Notes: generated from the sequence alone by a model not told the origin. DNA of 64,000 bases from an uncultured Phycisphaerales bacterium (GCA_963758525.1 CAVWVQ010000003.1:4064001-4128000), one strand, 5' to 3'. Counted from the first letter of the stretch, positions 1-11,328 are shown. Numbers and translations: made by a program.

Positions 1-2881
1 ACGATCGGCAATAACGTCACTCTTACCCACTCCAACGTCATCGGATCTAAATTGGAGGTCTCGACGGGCGGCTCGGTGTCTGCCGTCGAGGTCAACTTCA
101 ATTGCGTCGTGGACCTTGGTCCGGGCAGCACCGGTCTCCTTGAATACGATACGTTCGTGTTGGCAAATGGTCTGCTGATTGACGGCACGAGCACGGTGAC
201 CATTCACAACGACGATTTCAGCAACGCGACCGCCACCGTCTCATCTCAGGGAACGGGCGGCCCGATCAATCTGGAGATGAATTGGTGGGGCGTGACAACA
301 GATCAACTGATTGCCGCGAAGATCACTGATTTTTCGGATAATCCCATGCTGCCCGTGATCGACCACAGCTTATGGCTGACCGCCGCACCGGTCTTCACGG
401 GAGTGATCGTCGAGACCCAGCCCACGAATCAGACCGTCCCAGCCGGACAAATGGCGAGCTTCACCGCCGCCGCTATCGGCAGTCCAACGCCGACCGTGCA
501 GTGGCAGGTCAGTACTGACGGCACGACTTATACGAACATTACCGGAGCCACGTCGGCTACCTACACATTCACCGCCGCGATGAGCCAGACCGGCGATCTG
601 TTCCGTGCGGTCTTCACCAACTCGCAAGGCACGGGCACGACCAATCCCGCGACCTTGACGGTGACCGCCGCCGGGACGGCGCCTGTCATTACCGTGCAGC
701 CGGTCGCCCAGAGCGTGGGCGTTGGTCAGAGCGTGAGCTTCGTCGCCGCAGGCACCGGGAGCCCGTTCCCCACCGTGCAATGGCAGGTGAGTGCTGATGC
801 GGGCCTCACCTACACCAATGTCGCGGGAGCTACATCGCGGACCTACACGTTCGCGCCGACAATAGATCAAAGCGGGGATCTGTTCCGGGCGGTCTTTACC
901 AACACCCTGAGTACCGCGACGACCACGCCGGCGCTGCTCACCGTCAGCTCGGCAACGGCGCCGGTGGTCACCCTTCAACCCGTCAACCAGAGCGCGATCA
1001 ACGGCCAGGATGTGAGCTTCACTGCGACGGCCACCGGCATTCCGACGCCGACAGTCCAGTGGCAGGTCAGCACCGACGGGCTGAGCTATTCAAACATCCC
1101 CGGGCAGGTGTCGTCCACCTACGCTTTCATTGCCACCACCGCGCAGAGTGGCGATCAGTACCGCGCTGTGTTCTCCAATTCGCAGGGATCGGCCACCAGT
1201 TCGCCCGCAGCGCTGACGGTCACCTCGGCGACAACGAGCATCACTATTACCAGGCAGCCTGGAGCGCAAAACGCACAGATCGGTCAGGCAGTCAGCTTCA
1301 CCGCGGCGGCCACCGGCACTCCAACGCCCTCCGTGCAATGGCAGGTCAGCACCGACGGCACGACCTATCAAAACATCCCAGGCGCGACGTCGCTCAATTA
1401 CACGTTTGTGGCGGCACAGGGCGAGAACGGCAATCACTATCGCGCCTTCTTTACCAACTCCGCCGGGTCGGTGGCGACAAGTCCGGCCCTGCTCTCAGTT
1501 GCGGCTCCGGCTGCTCCGCCGACAGTCACCATCACGGCGCCCAACATTACCTCCGCCGGAGGCAACGCGCAGACGGTTACGGTCGTCTACAGCGGAACTT
1601 CCGCATCGATCAATACCTCCACCATCGCGGGTTCCAATATCACCGTCACCGGACCTACCGGGCAGGTTCTGGTCGCGTCGGTATTCAATGTGTATGTGTC
1701 CGGCACTTCCGCGACCGTGACCTATGTCATCACTCCGCCTAACGGGGTGTGGCAGGCCTCCGACGATGGCAGCTATTCAGTCGTCGTGAAGCCTGGCGTC
1801 GTGAAGGATGTGAACGGCCTGGCCGCCACCGGCTCCGGCACTTCGTTCACGGTAAATGCCAACACCGAACTCGTCGTGACGGTAACATCATCCGACAATG
1901 CAACGATCGCTGGCCAGCCCGCGACCTTCATTGCAACGCTCACCGGCGCGCGGGGGAACAACCCCGACCGGCACGGTGACGTTCCTGAGCGACGGGGTGG
2001 ACATCGGCACGGTCTCTGTCAGCGCCGATGGAACCGCAACCCTCGTCACTACCCTCGCTGGCATCAGCGCGCATGCGGTGACCGCCACTTACAGCGGCGA
2101 CGCGACGCATCCGGCTGCCTCATCTGGGTTCCCGCTGCGGCAGACCGTCGCGCCGACGCTCGCCGCGGTTGTCCCGCAACTGACCGGCGTTATCCCCGCG
2201 ATCGTCACCGCGGGACAGAAGACCACCATCAGGCAGACCATCAGTATTTCCAACACCACCGAGTCGAAGTTCAGCGGACGACTGACCGTTAAGATCTTTT
2301 TGTCAGCGGGAACGAACATCGACGCCGGTTCCGTGCAGTTAAGCGCAACGGAGCGAACCATCAGACTGAGCAAGACTGGCGCCACTTCGGTGCACGTGAC
2401 ACTGCTGGGCCTTCCGCCCACGGTGCCGGCGGGAACGTATCATCTGGTCAGCCTGCTCGAGGACTCCAGCGGCCGGACCAGCGCCGAGGCTGCCAGCAGC
2501 GCGTTCGTGGTCGCCGCGCCCAGCGCCGATCTGGCCGCAACATCGCTCGCCGCGCCCGCCAGCATACTCGTCGGCAAGAAAGTCGGGGCGACGCTCGTCG
2601 TGAAAAACGATGGAACCATTCCGGCGATCGGCCCTCTGCTGATTGTTTTGTATTCCTCCCTGACCGGCGTCATCGATCAGAATGCCGTCGAGCTCAAGAG
2701 CGTCACCCGCCGGATCAATCTCCGGCCGCGGCAGTCCGTGCGGATCCCCCTGAGGAAGATTCTGACTGCCCAGATCAAAGGGAAGTTTTATCTCGTTGCG
2801 AACATCGATCCGGCCAACGTATTCAATGATGTTGCGCTGGCGAACAACACGATCGCGAGCAATGCGATCGTGGTGAGTTAG
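1..2881 (+). CDS. Large secreted/surface protein (5'-partial) with four tandem Ig-like (I-set type) repeats, a Big_3-like domain and a C-terminal CARDB-like domain; frameshift near 1950
   Basis: Frame 1 is open from base 1. A repeat PxVQWQVSxDGxTYxNIxGATSxTYTF...YRAVFTN occurs four times. ORF 52..2292 continues in ORF 1898..2881 (TPTGTVTF...ATYSGD; VKNDG...YLVANIDPAN) after a G-run near 1952. Confidence 0.8.
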
Positions 2882-2922
2882 CGGGACACTTGAGGTCGGC
2901 ACTCAAATTGACCCTAACTTCG

Positions 2923-3066
2923 TTAAGGGGAAGTGTTCAATCCGACGGCCAAAGCGAGCGATCGCTGGCGTTTGTCGAATTGCAAGAGCCACGTTTTGGC
3001 GGTCGCAGTGTGTTGATCGGCGAGGTAACAGGACACCAGAAAACTGCTGTCAGCATAGTGCTTCAT
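2923..3066 (-). pseudogene. Internally deleted PIN-domain (VapC-like) toxin, 47 aa
   Basis: Manual translation gives MKHYADSSFLVSCYLADQHTATAKTWLLQFDKRQRSLALAVGLNTSP*. The PIN N-terminal motif (YxDSSFLV) is joined directly to the C-terminal motif (FDxRQxxLAxAxGL). The start overlaps the upstream stop (TGATG). Confidence 0.7.
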
Positions 3067-3291
3067 CAAAACGCGGCTTCCTCGCGCTCAGCGAGGACCA
3101 AGTTGGGCATTACCGCCCCCCCCGGAATTGCGAATGGCTCGCGCTTCCACATCAGGCCAGATTACCCGCTTCGCGCACGCTTGCGAATGAAGAACTGGAC
3201 GTTTGCTCATCGCGATCAGCCTTTCCAGAAACTTTCGCCTCTCGCGGGCTGATAGTGCCTTGACGTGTTTCAGCAATTTCGAGGCGCTCAT
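3066..3291 (-). CDS. Putative antitoxin (VapB-like), frameshift in the C8 run at 3116-3123
   Basis: ORF 3088..3291. Removing one base gives ...RNSGGAVMPNLVLAEREEAAF*, whose TGA overlaps the PIN gene ATG. Confidence 0.6.
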
Positions 3292-3297
3292 GAATCG

Positions 3298-3326
3298 ATT
3301 TTATTCAAGCGTGTTCGCAGTGGCAA
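3298..3326 (-). promoter_or_regulatory. Sigma-70 promoter, leaderless, for the TA operon
   Basis: TTGCCA-N17-TAAAAT followed by 6 nt and then the ATG at 3291. Confidence 0.65.
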
Positions 3327-3428
3327 GGTACGGCTTCGGTCCGCCTCGTGACCCAAATGTCCCGCTCCGAAATGAGTTTGCGTGCCGCCTCTACCCATAT
3401 CACCGGCGGGGTCCTAACATGACCCATC

Positions 3429-3902
3429 GTGGCAGCCAAGGACAAAGCCAATCTCTCACCGCGCATCACCAATCGGCGGGCGCTGCACGAGTATTTCATT
3501 GCCGCCAAGATTGAATGCGGCATCATGCTCGTCGGCAGCGAAGTGAAATCGCTTCGGCTCGGCCGGGCGCAGCTCAACGAAGCGTTCGCGCACGTCGAGC
3601 ATGGCGAACTGATTCTGCACGGCTGCCACATCGATCCGTACGACAAAGCCTCGTTGGTGAACAATCACGAGCCATTGCGCGATCGCAAGCTGCTGGCACA
3701 CAAGCGCGAGATCAAAAAGCTCCTCGATGAATCCGCCGAGCGCGGCGTCACGCTGGTGCCGCTGAGCATCTACTTCAAGGACGGGCGTGCGAAGCTGGAG
3801 CTTGGCGTGGGGCGTGGCAAACAGAGTCACGACAAGCGCGCGTCGATCAAAAAGAAGGAGATGGATCGTGAAGTGCGCCGGGCGATGACGCAGCGGCAAT
3901 GA
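3429..3902 (+). CDS. smpB: SsrA-binding protein
   Basis: NRRALHEY, GIMLVGSEVKSLR, RKLLAHKREI and GKQSHDKR motifs. Confidence 0.97.
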   Translation: MAAKDKANLSPRITNRRALHEYFIAAKIECGIMLVGSEVKSLRLGRAQLNEAFAHVEHGELILHGCHIDPYDKASLVNNHEPLRDRKLLAHKREIKKLLDESAERGVTLVPLSIYFKDGRAKLELGVGRGKQSHDKRASIKKKEMDREVRRAMTQRQ

Positions 3903-4325
3903 TCACACCGCCGCGCTGTCGCCCTGCACGCGGCGCACGGCTTCGAGCACCTTGTCGCGAAACTTCCGCACTTTTCCCGGGCGAAACACTCCGCTGATGT
4001 CGGTGACGGTTCCGCGGCGGGTCATCCGGATCGTCGTCTTTCCGCAATAAGCGAACCACAGAATCAGCAGCAGGCCCAAACCGGCCAGCACGTCGCCGAG
4101 AATCTTCAATTCGTCGCTGAAGATCATCAGCAGAATTCCCGGCAGCAAAATCACCAGCGCGATGGAAATCAGGTGCAGCCAGGCGACCTTCTGCCAGATG
4201 ATCAGGCTCTCCATGCTGGAGAACATGATCCGTTTCATGCGGTCGTCGCCGTAAGTGTGCTCGAGCTTCACTACCGCGTCGTCCATGACGACGAAGCTGG
4301 ATCTGCTTCGCAGGTCTACCGCCAT
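3903..4325 (-). CDS. Hypothetical membrane protein (2 TM)
   Basis: ORF 3903..4379; likely start MAVDL at 4325, overlapping the upstream gene; two hydrophobic segments. Confidence 0.65.
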   Translation of the reverse strand: MAVDLRSRSSFVVMDDAVVKLEHTYGDDRMKRIMFSSMESLIIWQKVAWLHLISIALVILLPGILLMIFSDELKILGDVLAGLGLLLILWFAYCGKTTIRMTRRGTVTDISGVFRPGKVRKFRDKVLEAVRRVQGDSAAV

Positions 4326-4942
4326 GGGCACCCCTTCCCGAGCAGGGCGAATACGATCGCCACCACCATGACAATCCATCCGATGCCGGCCAGGGCAAGC
4401 ACGATGGGCTGGATGATGAGCGTGCTGGTTGCCATGACCCGTTTGAAAAGGGGATTCTCACGGCGCATCTGCCGGGCTCGCCGGTGGAGGATGAAGCCGT
4501 GCGGAATCCAGAGAAAACCGAGCGCGATCATGACAATATTGATGTAGGGAACGACTATGGCCATCGCCAGGTAGATGTTGATTCTGCGGTCGGGCCTGGG
4601 GAGCGTCTGGGCGAAGGCGGCGTTGAGATTCTTCTTGCCGCCCGAGTCGATATATTGGGCGCTGTAGGTTTGTCCCTCGACCTCAATTGCACAAAGCGAA
4701 CAGATGTAATCGCCGGTTCCCGCGCAAACGGTAGTGGCCTTCTTGCTGGGGTGATGCATGCAGGTGGCCTCGTCCGGCAGCGCCGACTCGGCGGCATTGA
4801 TCTGCACTGCCAACGGGGAAAAGCGGTACACCTCTCCCTTCCATCGGCACGTGGGACAAACCGATGGACCCTGTTCCGGGCTCGACAAGGGGGTCGCGCA
4901 CCCGGGGCAGGCGAATTCCGTGACGGTGGCAACCTGCGTCAT
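4316..4942 (-). CDS. Membrane protein with an N-terminal zinc ribbon and a B-box-like Cys/His cluster
   Basis: CPGC..CPTC, CMHHP..CAGTGDYICSLC, then TM helices. Confidence 0.7.
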   Translation of the reverse strand: MTQVATVTEFACPGCATPLSSPEQGPSVCPTCRWKGEVYRFSPLAVQINAAESALPDEATCMHHPSKKATTVCAGTGDYICSLCAIEVEGQTYSAQYIDSGGKKNLNAAFAQTLPRPDRRINIYLAMAIVVPYINIVMIALGFLWIPHGFILHRRARQMRRENPLFKRVMATSTLIIQPIVLALAGIGWIVMVVAIVFALLGKGCPWR

Positions 4943-4949
4943 CGCGAAT

Positions 4950-5589
4950 TCAGCTCCTGTCGATTACGCGGGTTCCGGCGATGTGGTCATGCAGCGCACG
5001 CTGCCGCTTCGAGTCGAACAGCGCCGCAAGGGTGTTCGCCAGCGCATAGAGCCCGACCACTCCGTTGGCGATTCCAATCAGCGGCACCGAGCCGGCAATG
5101 GTCGCCAGGGCCGTCAAGGTCGCCAGGCCCAATGTATGCCACGGCTCGCACGTAGGCTGTTTTGGTCGAGATCGCGCTCCCGTCCAGATTGACCACCTTC
5201 AGCTTCCCGGCCTTTTTTCCGACGGTCTGGCCACCGCTGGCATGCATCTGCCCGAAGTAGACGATCTCAACGCATACCGCCAACAAGGAGATCGCGCCGC
5301 CGATCTGCATCGAGCCTGAGGTGCCTGCGACGATCCCCGTGAGGATCGCCAGCGGAAGGACTACAATTAACCCGTCCAAAAAGATGCATCCGAACCTTCG
5401 GAGCACCGTCGGCCGCTTGAACTCTCCGGGGAGGCCCTCACCGGCCTGCAATCGTTCCAGGAGAATCGCCTTCCCTTCGGCACAAACGCGCTGGCCTTGA
5501 AACGTCACCAACTCATCCTCGGGAACCATCTTCCCCGTAACTGAACATGGTGCCAATTGTGGCAGCGGATCAGCATCCTGCAGCGTCAT
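4950..5589 (-). CDS. RDD family membrane protein (frameshift near 5130)
   Basis: RRFGCIFLD, GQTVGKK...LKVV in ORF 4987..5670; the C-terminal RALHDHIAGTRVI lies in ORF 4950..5132. Confidence 0.85.
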
Positions 5590-5692
5590 GAAGTGTCTCC
5601 AAATCCCGAGCCTGGACGTGGGCAGTGCGCCCCCGCGACTCTTGGGCGCGTAGCGTATCAAAACCTTCACGCCATTGTCCAGAAAAACACGT

Positions 5693-6469
5693 TTATATCG
5701 TGAACCTGGCTTCCTGAAGCACCAGCGCGACGTTCACGACCGTCTGCTCGTCGGAGAGATGTCCAAAATCCTCCGGCAGCGCCAGGCGCGATCGAAAGTG
5801 AGCCGCGGCGCCGGAGAACAGTTCCTCCCGCACGCCCGGGTCCAACTGGTCGCGCCGCAAGACCATGTCCATAATCAAATCCCGCTCCTCGCGGGTGACG
5901 CGGGTCAGGACGCGATTCCGCAGCGCGGCGTCCGCGTTGAAGGAGTTCACGCGGGATTTTTCATTCGCGAGCGCCACGGGGAGCGCTTTGCGATAATCGC
6001 GAATGACGATGGTATCCGCGGCCAGGTCCCCGAGCCGGCGGCCCCATTTGTCGATTGCGGCGATGGTTGCGCCGGTCAGCATGGCAAACGGAAGCATGTC
6101 AACCGGCCTGAGAAGATTGCGGATCAGCAGATCGATCGGCCGGAGCTGACTTCCACGCGCGGAGATCACCCGCAGCCCGAACACCCGCTTGCCCGGTGTC
6201 TGGCCGCTCCCGCGGAGCTCGAAAAACGTGAAGTAGGAGAAATCGATCGCAAAGACTCCCAGAATGATCAAGGCAATCCCAGTTTCGCCCGCCGGCGCGA
6301 GGGCGAAGACCAGGGCGGCGTCGATCGCCCAGATGATCGACTCGTCGATCAGCCAGGCAAGGTATCGCGAAGCCATCCCGGCGGTGGCGTAGTGGAAGGA
6401 GACCTGCTCGGGCGTTGTGATGCGAAATCTCGGCACGATTGCGACCTTCCGCGAGGACGGGCTTCCCAT
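5693..6469 (-). CDS. RDD family protein
   Basis: ITTPEQV..AGMASRYLAWLID, GQTPGKR, RRLGDLAADTIVI; start at 6469 or at GTG 6436. Confidence 0.88.
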   Translation of the reverse strand: MGSPSSRKVAIVPRFRITTPEQVSFHYATAGMASRYLAWLIDESIIWAIDAALVFALAPAGETGIALIILGVFAIDFSYFTFFELRGSGQTPGKRVFGLRVISARGSQLRPIDLLIRNLLRPVDMLPFAMLTGATIAAIDKWGRRLGDLAADTIVIRDYRKALPVALANEKSRVNSFNADAALRNRVLTRVTREERDLIMDMVLRRDQLDPGVREELFSGAAAHFRSRLALPEDFGHLSDEQTVVNVALVLQEARFTI

Positions 6470-6649
6470 GGTCTTTTGGCGGCCGCCCCCGCCGGCGGCC
6501 ATGCGTTGGCGCGCTCGCACGCGCGGGCACGGCACTTCATTCACTACTTCCCTGCGCAGTAGAGTATCGGTGGCGTCGGTCGGGTCAACGCCGCCTAGCC
6601 GGCTCGACGCGTGATTGCGTGTCCGGGCGGCGGCAGAGAGAATTTTCCC

Positions 6650-7690
6650 ATGGACCTCAACAGCTTCCTGCGCGATCGACGCCCGCGGTGGCAGCGGCTC
6701 GCCGCGCTCCTTGACCGCATTGACGCGAAGGGTTTTACGGCACTGACGCCGCACGAGGCGGACGAATGCTTTTCACTCTACCGGCTCACCAGCAGCGACC
6801 TGAATCTGGTTCAGACGCGCACCGCCACGCCAAGCCTCGTGGACTTCCTTGAAGCGCTGGTGGCCCGCGCTTACGCGCAGTTGATGCTCCCACGCCGAAT
6901 CAACCTGCTGGGAAATTACTGGCTGATACTTCGCCATTACTTCCCCGCCGCGATTCGCGTTGAGTGGAAGATGCTGGCGCTCAGCGCCGCAACGCTCCTG
7001 GCGGGTCTTTTGTGCGGACTGGCGGCGACGCTGGCGCGGCCGGCCCTGGCGGAAGTGTTTCTGCCGCCGGAACACCTCGACCAATCGCCGCGCGAGCGCG
7101 TAGCCATGCTCGAAGAGATGGAGCGGCAGGGCCACACGCGCATCAATTCCGCCGACAAGCACGCGGTATTCACCGTGTTTCTCTTTAACAACAACATACG
7201 GGTTTCAGTGCTGGCGTTCGGGCTGGGATTCACCTTCGGCATCGGAACGGCGGTGGTCGTCTTCTACAACGGCGCGATGCTCGGCAGCCTGGCGGCGCTC
7301 TATTTTCTCGATGGGGTCGGCAAGTTCTTCGTCGCCTGGGTCGGACCCCACGGCGTCATCGAACTTCCCTGCGTGGTCATCGCCAGCACCGCTGGATTCA
7401 TGCTGGCGCAGCGGCAACTGCGACGCGACCAGGGAACCGCCGTCTCCCGAATCCGCGCAATTCGTCCCCGCCTGGTCGATCTGATCGTCGGCTCGGCAAC
7501 GCTGCTGGTGATCGCGGGCTGCATCGAAGGGGGCTTCAGCCAGATCAATGAGCCGACCATCTCCTACACCTTCAAGATCGCGGTGGCCGTGATTCTGTTT
7601 GCTCTGCTTGTCGCATATTTGTTCTTTCTGCCGGCAAGGCCGCGCCCGCAGCCGGCTCCGGAGGGTGAAGAAGCAGCGTTCCTCAAATGA
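6650..7690 (+). CDS. Stage II sporulation protein M (DUF95) family membrane protein
   Basis: LYRLTSSDL, FNNNIRV, NGAMLG, PHGVIEL and IAGCIEG motifs. Confidence 0.88.
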   Translation: MDLNSFLRDRRPRWQRLAALLDRIDAKGFTALTPHEADECFSLYRLTSSDLNLVQTRTATPSLVDFLEALVARAYAQLMLPRRINLLGNYWLILRHYFPAAIRVEWKMLALSAATLLAGLLCGLAATLARPALAEVFLPPEHLDQSPRERVAMLEEMERQGHTRINSADKHAVFTVFLFNNNIRVSVLAFGLGFTFGIGTAVVVFYNGAMLGSLAALYFLDGVGKFFVAWVGPHGVIELPCVVIASTAGFMLAQRQLRRDQGTAVSRIRAIRPRLVDLIVGSATLLVIAGCIEGGFSQINEPTISYTFKIAVAVILFALLVAYLFFLPARPRPQPAPEGEEAAFLK

Positions 7691-8990
7691 GCTGCCGGGA
7701 CTTGATGGACAGATACGTATTGAGCAGCTTGACAGTGATCGAGCCCGCATCGGCCTCGATGACCGACGCTCCGATGCGATGCAGTTGTCGCACGCGCGTT
7801 GCGCGCTCGCTGGCGAGTTGCCTTGCAGCGAGCACCTTGTATACATCCAGCGCGTTGGCCGCGGCTCCGCCGGCGAATTGGTCCAGCAGCGGATCGCGCA
7901 GGCTGATGACTGCCAGCACGTGTTTGCGTGCCGCCATTGGGAGCACCTGCGCGAGGTTTTCCGCCAGTTGCGGATCGTTGAGATCGGTGAAGACAAAAAT
8001 CAGGCTGCGACGCGTCTGATGTGCGCGGAGTGCGGCAATCAGCGAGGAATAGGACGGGAACAAGCTGTCGGTCCGCGCATCCACCAGTTCCTCGATGATC
8101 CGGTTCACCGCCACGATTCCAGCTCCAGGCTTGATGAAGCGGCGTACTGAATCCGAGAACAGCGCCATGCCGACGCGGTCTCCCTGGCGGCTGGCCACAT
8201 GGGCGAGCATGATCGAGGCGTCAATCGCGGAGTCGAGCGCCGTTCCCGTTCCCATCGGATTGCCCATCATCCGGCCGCAATCAAGGCAGAGCATGACATC
8301 GCGGCTGCGCTCGGCCTGATAGAGGTTGGTGAACGGTTTGCGGTGCCGGGCGGTCGCCTTCCAGTTCAGATCGCGGAAGTCGTCATCGGGAAAATATTCG
8401 CGCAGCCGATCGAATTCCCGTCCGGCGCCCAGCATCCGCTGCTGATGCAACCCGGCGTGGCTCGACGCATGATGCCGCTGCAGCGCGTCGTAATCTGTCA
8501 GCCCCTTGAGGCTCGGGAAGACTTTGATTTCGCCGCCGCTGGTGGTCCAGCGGCGGCACGCCCAGTCCGTGGAAAGACGAATGTCCACCTGCAGCGGCGG
8601 CACTTGGGCCACGCCCCGCGCGGTCGGGGTTGCAGTGAGCGCGGCCCGCACGATCTCGCCCGGCGAGAGCCGGATTTCCAGGAAGTTCTGCTCGCAGACC
8701 ATTCCCGCCGGCCAGGGTTGCCGGATGCGCACGATCACCTGTTTCGAGGAACGATTGGTAAGGCGATAGCTGAATGCCTCGCTGCGGCCGACCTGCACGC
8801 GCTTCCACGGTTCGCGTTCGACGCTCACCGCAAGGCTTTTGAGCCGTCGTCCCTGCAGCCAGCAAACCCCCAGAAGCGCCGCGTCCGCTGCGAGCACGGC
8901 TGGCAACACGACCGGCACGACGATCGCCGCGATCAAGACCAGCGCCAGCGCCGCAGCACATAACAACGCCATGCGGCCCGGCACGATCAA
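7683..8990 (-). CDS. DUF58 (vWA-like) protein
   Basis: EFDRLREY..DD.R..NWKATAR, LDCGRMM and GDRVG motifs; adjacent to MoxR. Confidence 0.9.
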   Translation of the reverse strand: MIVPGRMALLCAAALALVLIAAIVVPVVLPAVLAADAALLGVCWLQGRRLKSLAVSVEREPWKRVQVGRSEAFSYRLTNRSSKQVIVRIRQPWPAGMVCEQNFLEIRLSPGEIVRAALTATPTARGVAQVPPLQVDIRLSTDWACRRWTTSGGEIKVFPSLKGLTDYDALQRHHASSHAGLHQQRMLGAGREFDRLREYFPDDDFRDLNWKATARHRKPFTNLYQAERSRDVMLCLDCGRMMGNPMGTGTALDSAIDASIMLAHVASRQGDRVGMALFSDSVRRFIKPGAGIVAVNRIIEELVDARTDSLFPSYSSLIAALRAHQTRRSLIFVFTDLNDPQLAENLAQVLPMAARKHVLAVISLRDPLLDQFAGGAAANALDVYKVLAARQLASERATRVRQLHRIGASVIEADAGSITVKLLNTYLSIKSRQLI

Positions 8991-9961
8991 CGCGGCACCT
9001 CAACCTTGCTCATGATCGAGCGCAGGACTTCGGCTCGCGTTTCACCGGCGATTTCCGCCTCGGCGGTGAGCGTCATGCGGTGCCCCAGCACCGGATTGAG
9101 CATGGCCACGACGTCGTCCGGCGTCACAAAATCGCGTCCGTGCAACAGGGCTCGGGCCTTGGAACTGAGCAGAAGGAAGATCGATCCGCGCGGACTTGCG
9201 CCGACCAGCACCGATTCGTGCTCGCGCGTCGCTCGCACGAGCTTTACCACGTAATCGAGCACCGCCTCCTCCATCCGAACCCGCGCCAAGGCCGCCTGTA
9301 TGAGCCGCAGGTCCTCAATTTGCAAAACCGGGGTGATGGCGCCAGGGCCCAGTCGATCCGCAGGCTCTCCGCGATGCACTCGTTGGACCACCGCGCGCTC
9401 GGCCTCGATGTCCGGGTAAGTGATGGAAATCTTGAGGAGAAATCGGTCCTGCTGCGCTTCAGGCAGCGGATAAGTTCCTTCGAATTCGATCGGATTCTGC
9501 GTCGCGAACACGGTGAAGATCGGGGAGAGCTCGTGGCGAACGCCGTCGATTGTCGCGTGGCGTTCGCTCATGGCTTCCAGCAGGGCCGCCTGCGTCTTGG
9601 CCGGGGCGCGGTTGATCTCGTCGGCGAGCAGCAGATCAGTGAAGATCGGGCCGCTGTGCAGGCGGAACGTGCTGGTGTTAAATTCAAACACGTTGGTGCC
9701 GATGATGTCAGACGGCATGAGGTCGGGCGTGAATTGGATGCGCTTTACGCGACAGGAAATGGCCGCCGCAAGGGCGCGAATGGTGAGCGTCTTGGCGACG
9801 CCTGGGACGCCCTCGAGCAGGGCATGTCCGCCGCAGAGAATGGTCACCAGCACCTGTTCGATCACGGCATCCTGCCCGAGCACCACTTTCCCCAGCTCGG
9901 CGCGCAGCCGAGCCAGCAGGTCGGCAGCGCGAGCCAATTCATCGGGCAGAACGTCGGTCAC
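8987..9961 (-). CDS. moxR: MoxR family AAA+ ATPase
   Basis: GVPGVAKT, RIQFTPDLMPSD, LLADEINRAPAKTQAALLE and EGTYPLPEAQ motifs. Confidence 0.95.
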   Translation of the reverse strand: MTDVLPDELARAADLLARLRAELGKVVLGQDAVIEQVLVTILCGGHALLEGVPGVAKTLTIRALAAAISCRVKRIQFTPDLMPSDIIGTNVFEFNTSTFRLHSGPIFTDLLLADEINRAPAKTQAALLEAMSERHATIDGVRHELSPIFTVFATQNPIEFEGTYPLPEAQQDRFLLKISITYPDIEAERAVVQRVHRGEPADRLGPGAITPVLQIEDLRLIQAALARVRMEEAVLDYVVKLVRATREHESVLVGASPRGSIFLLLSSKARALLHGRDFVTPDDVVAMLNPVLGHRMTLTAEAEIAGETRAEVLRSIMSKVEVPR

Positions 9962-11328
9962 GTTGAAGCTCCCGCGAGAGTTGATGAGACAGGCTCAGCA
10001 CCTCGGCGAACGCCGCCAGTGCCTTGTTCGGACGCTTTGCCGATCGCGCTGCATTTCGCGGCCCGGCCTCTTTGAGGGTTTGCAGAACGTCAGCGGGAAT
10101 CGGCGCGCCGCACTCGGGGCATCTGCCGCTCTGGTTCATGGTCAGGTCGTACCCGCATTGCCGGCAACGGGGGCCGACCGCTGATTGCAGGTCTTCCAGG
10201 CGCTGCAGCAGTTGAGCCGCGGTATCACGCGGCTTGCCCTGCAATGCATTGGCGCGGGTCTCGATTTCGCGGGGCTGGCAGCGCATCGCTGCGCAAGGCG
10301 CCGATGCGCCTCGGTGCGCACCCGGTCGAGAACCACTGCCGGGCTCAATGCGCGGCTGTAGAGATAGCCAAGTGTCTGAATTTGCTCGATGCTCGATCGC
10401 TGCCGGGCGCCGGCGCCTCTTCGTTCCCTTGCAAACCGGATGTGCTCCACACGTACAAGATCATGACGAAGACGAGTTGGATCAAGACCGGCAGGAGGCC
10501 CACGTCTCGCAGGAAACCCATGACGGTCGCCTGACGCCCGATGCCATGAGACCATTCGTCAAAAATCACCGGCCCGTTACCGATCTCCGTCAGAAGAAAA
10601 TCCAGATTGGCAACGTCCCCCAGGGATTGATTCAGCGCCGGCGTGGTGCTGCCGACCACCACCAGTTTTCCCTTGCCGACGCGATATTCTCCCGCGACCA
10701 CTTCCCTGGCGTCGCTTTCCACCCACGCGATCGGCCGCCATGCCGCATTTTGCTTGTCGGCGAATGTCATCGGGATGCGCAGGGAAATCTCCGGACCGTC
10801 CGAATCGTCGGCACGGACCGCATGGCCAGGCAGCGACAATCGGGCGGTGGCCACCGAGCCGGGGGCATCGTCGGGGGGCTTGCCCTTCTCCTCAAACTCG
10901 TGGAGTTGTTGCAGTTGTTTCAACTCCGGCGCCTTGTCGACCTTAATCCCGAGCCGCTTCATGAGGTCGGTCTCTTCACGGGCAAGTTGAATGACAGTGT
11001 TCCCCTCAGCCATCCATTCGGCAAGCTCCGATGATTTGAGATGCAGCCCTTCAGAACCCAAAGAGGAACTCTCGTCAGGCAACACCTCGATCAGCACGCC
11101 ATGATCGCCGGCGTCGAGGCTCGGACGCTCCAGATTGCGCACCCTCACGCCGCGCCGCGCTAAAAGCTCCTGCAGCGCGGCGGTGCCGTACGGATCGTAC
11201 CGGGTGGAGGAGTAGATGGGATTGTCTTCTCCCGAGCGGGCACTGAAGGAAGCCGACCGATAGAAGGCGATCGTCCCGATAACGATTGCCGCCAGCGTCA
11301 ATCCCAAAGTCCAGCGCTGCCCTTTCAT
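9939..11328 (-). CDS. DUF4350-domain protein with a C-terminal zinc ribbon (two frameshifts, near 10410 and 10290)
   Basis: YSS..YDPYGTAAL, GKGKLVVV, FDEWSHG in 10345..11328; continues via 10142..10555 (LGYLYSRA) and 9939..10286 (CRQCGYDL..CPECG). Confidence 0.72.

Noticed and set aside
3300..3430. tmRNA gene next to smpB
   Set aside because: No GGGG(C/G)TG 5' end or tRNA-like 3' end is visible, and the gap is too short.
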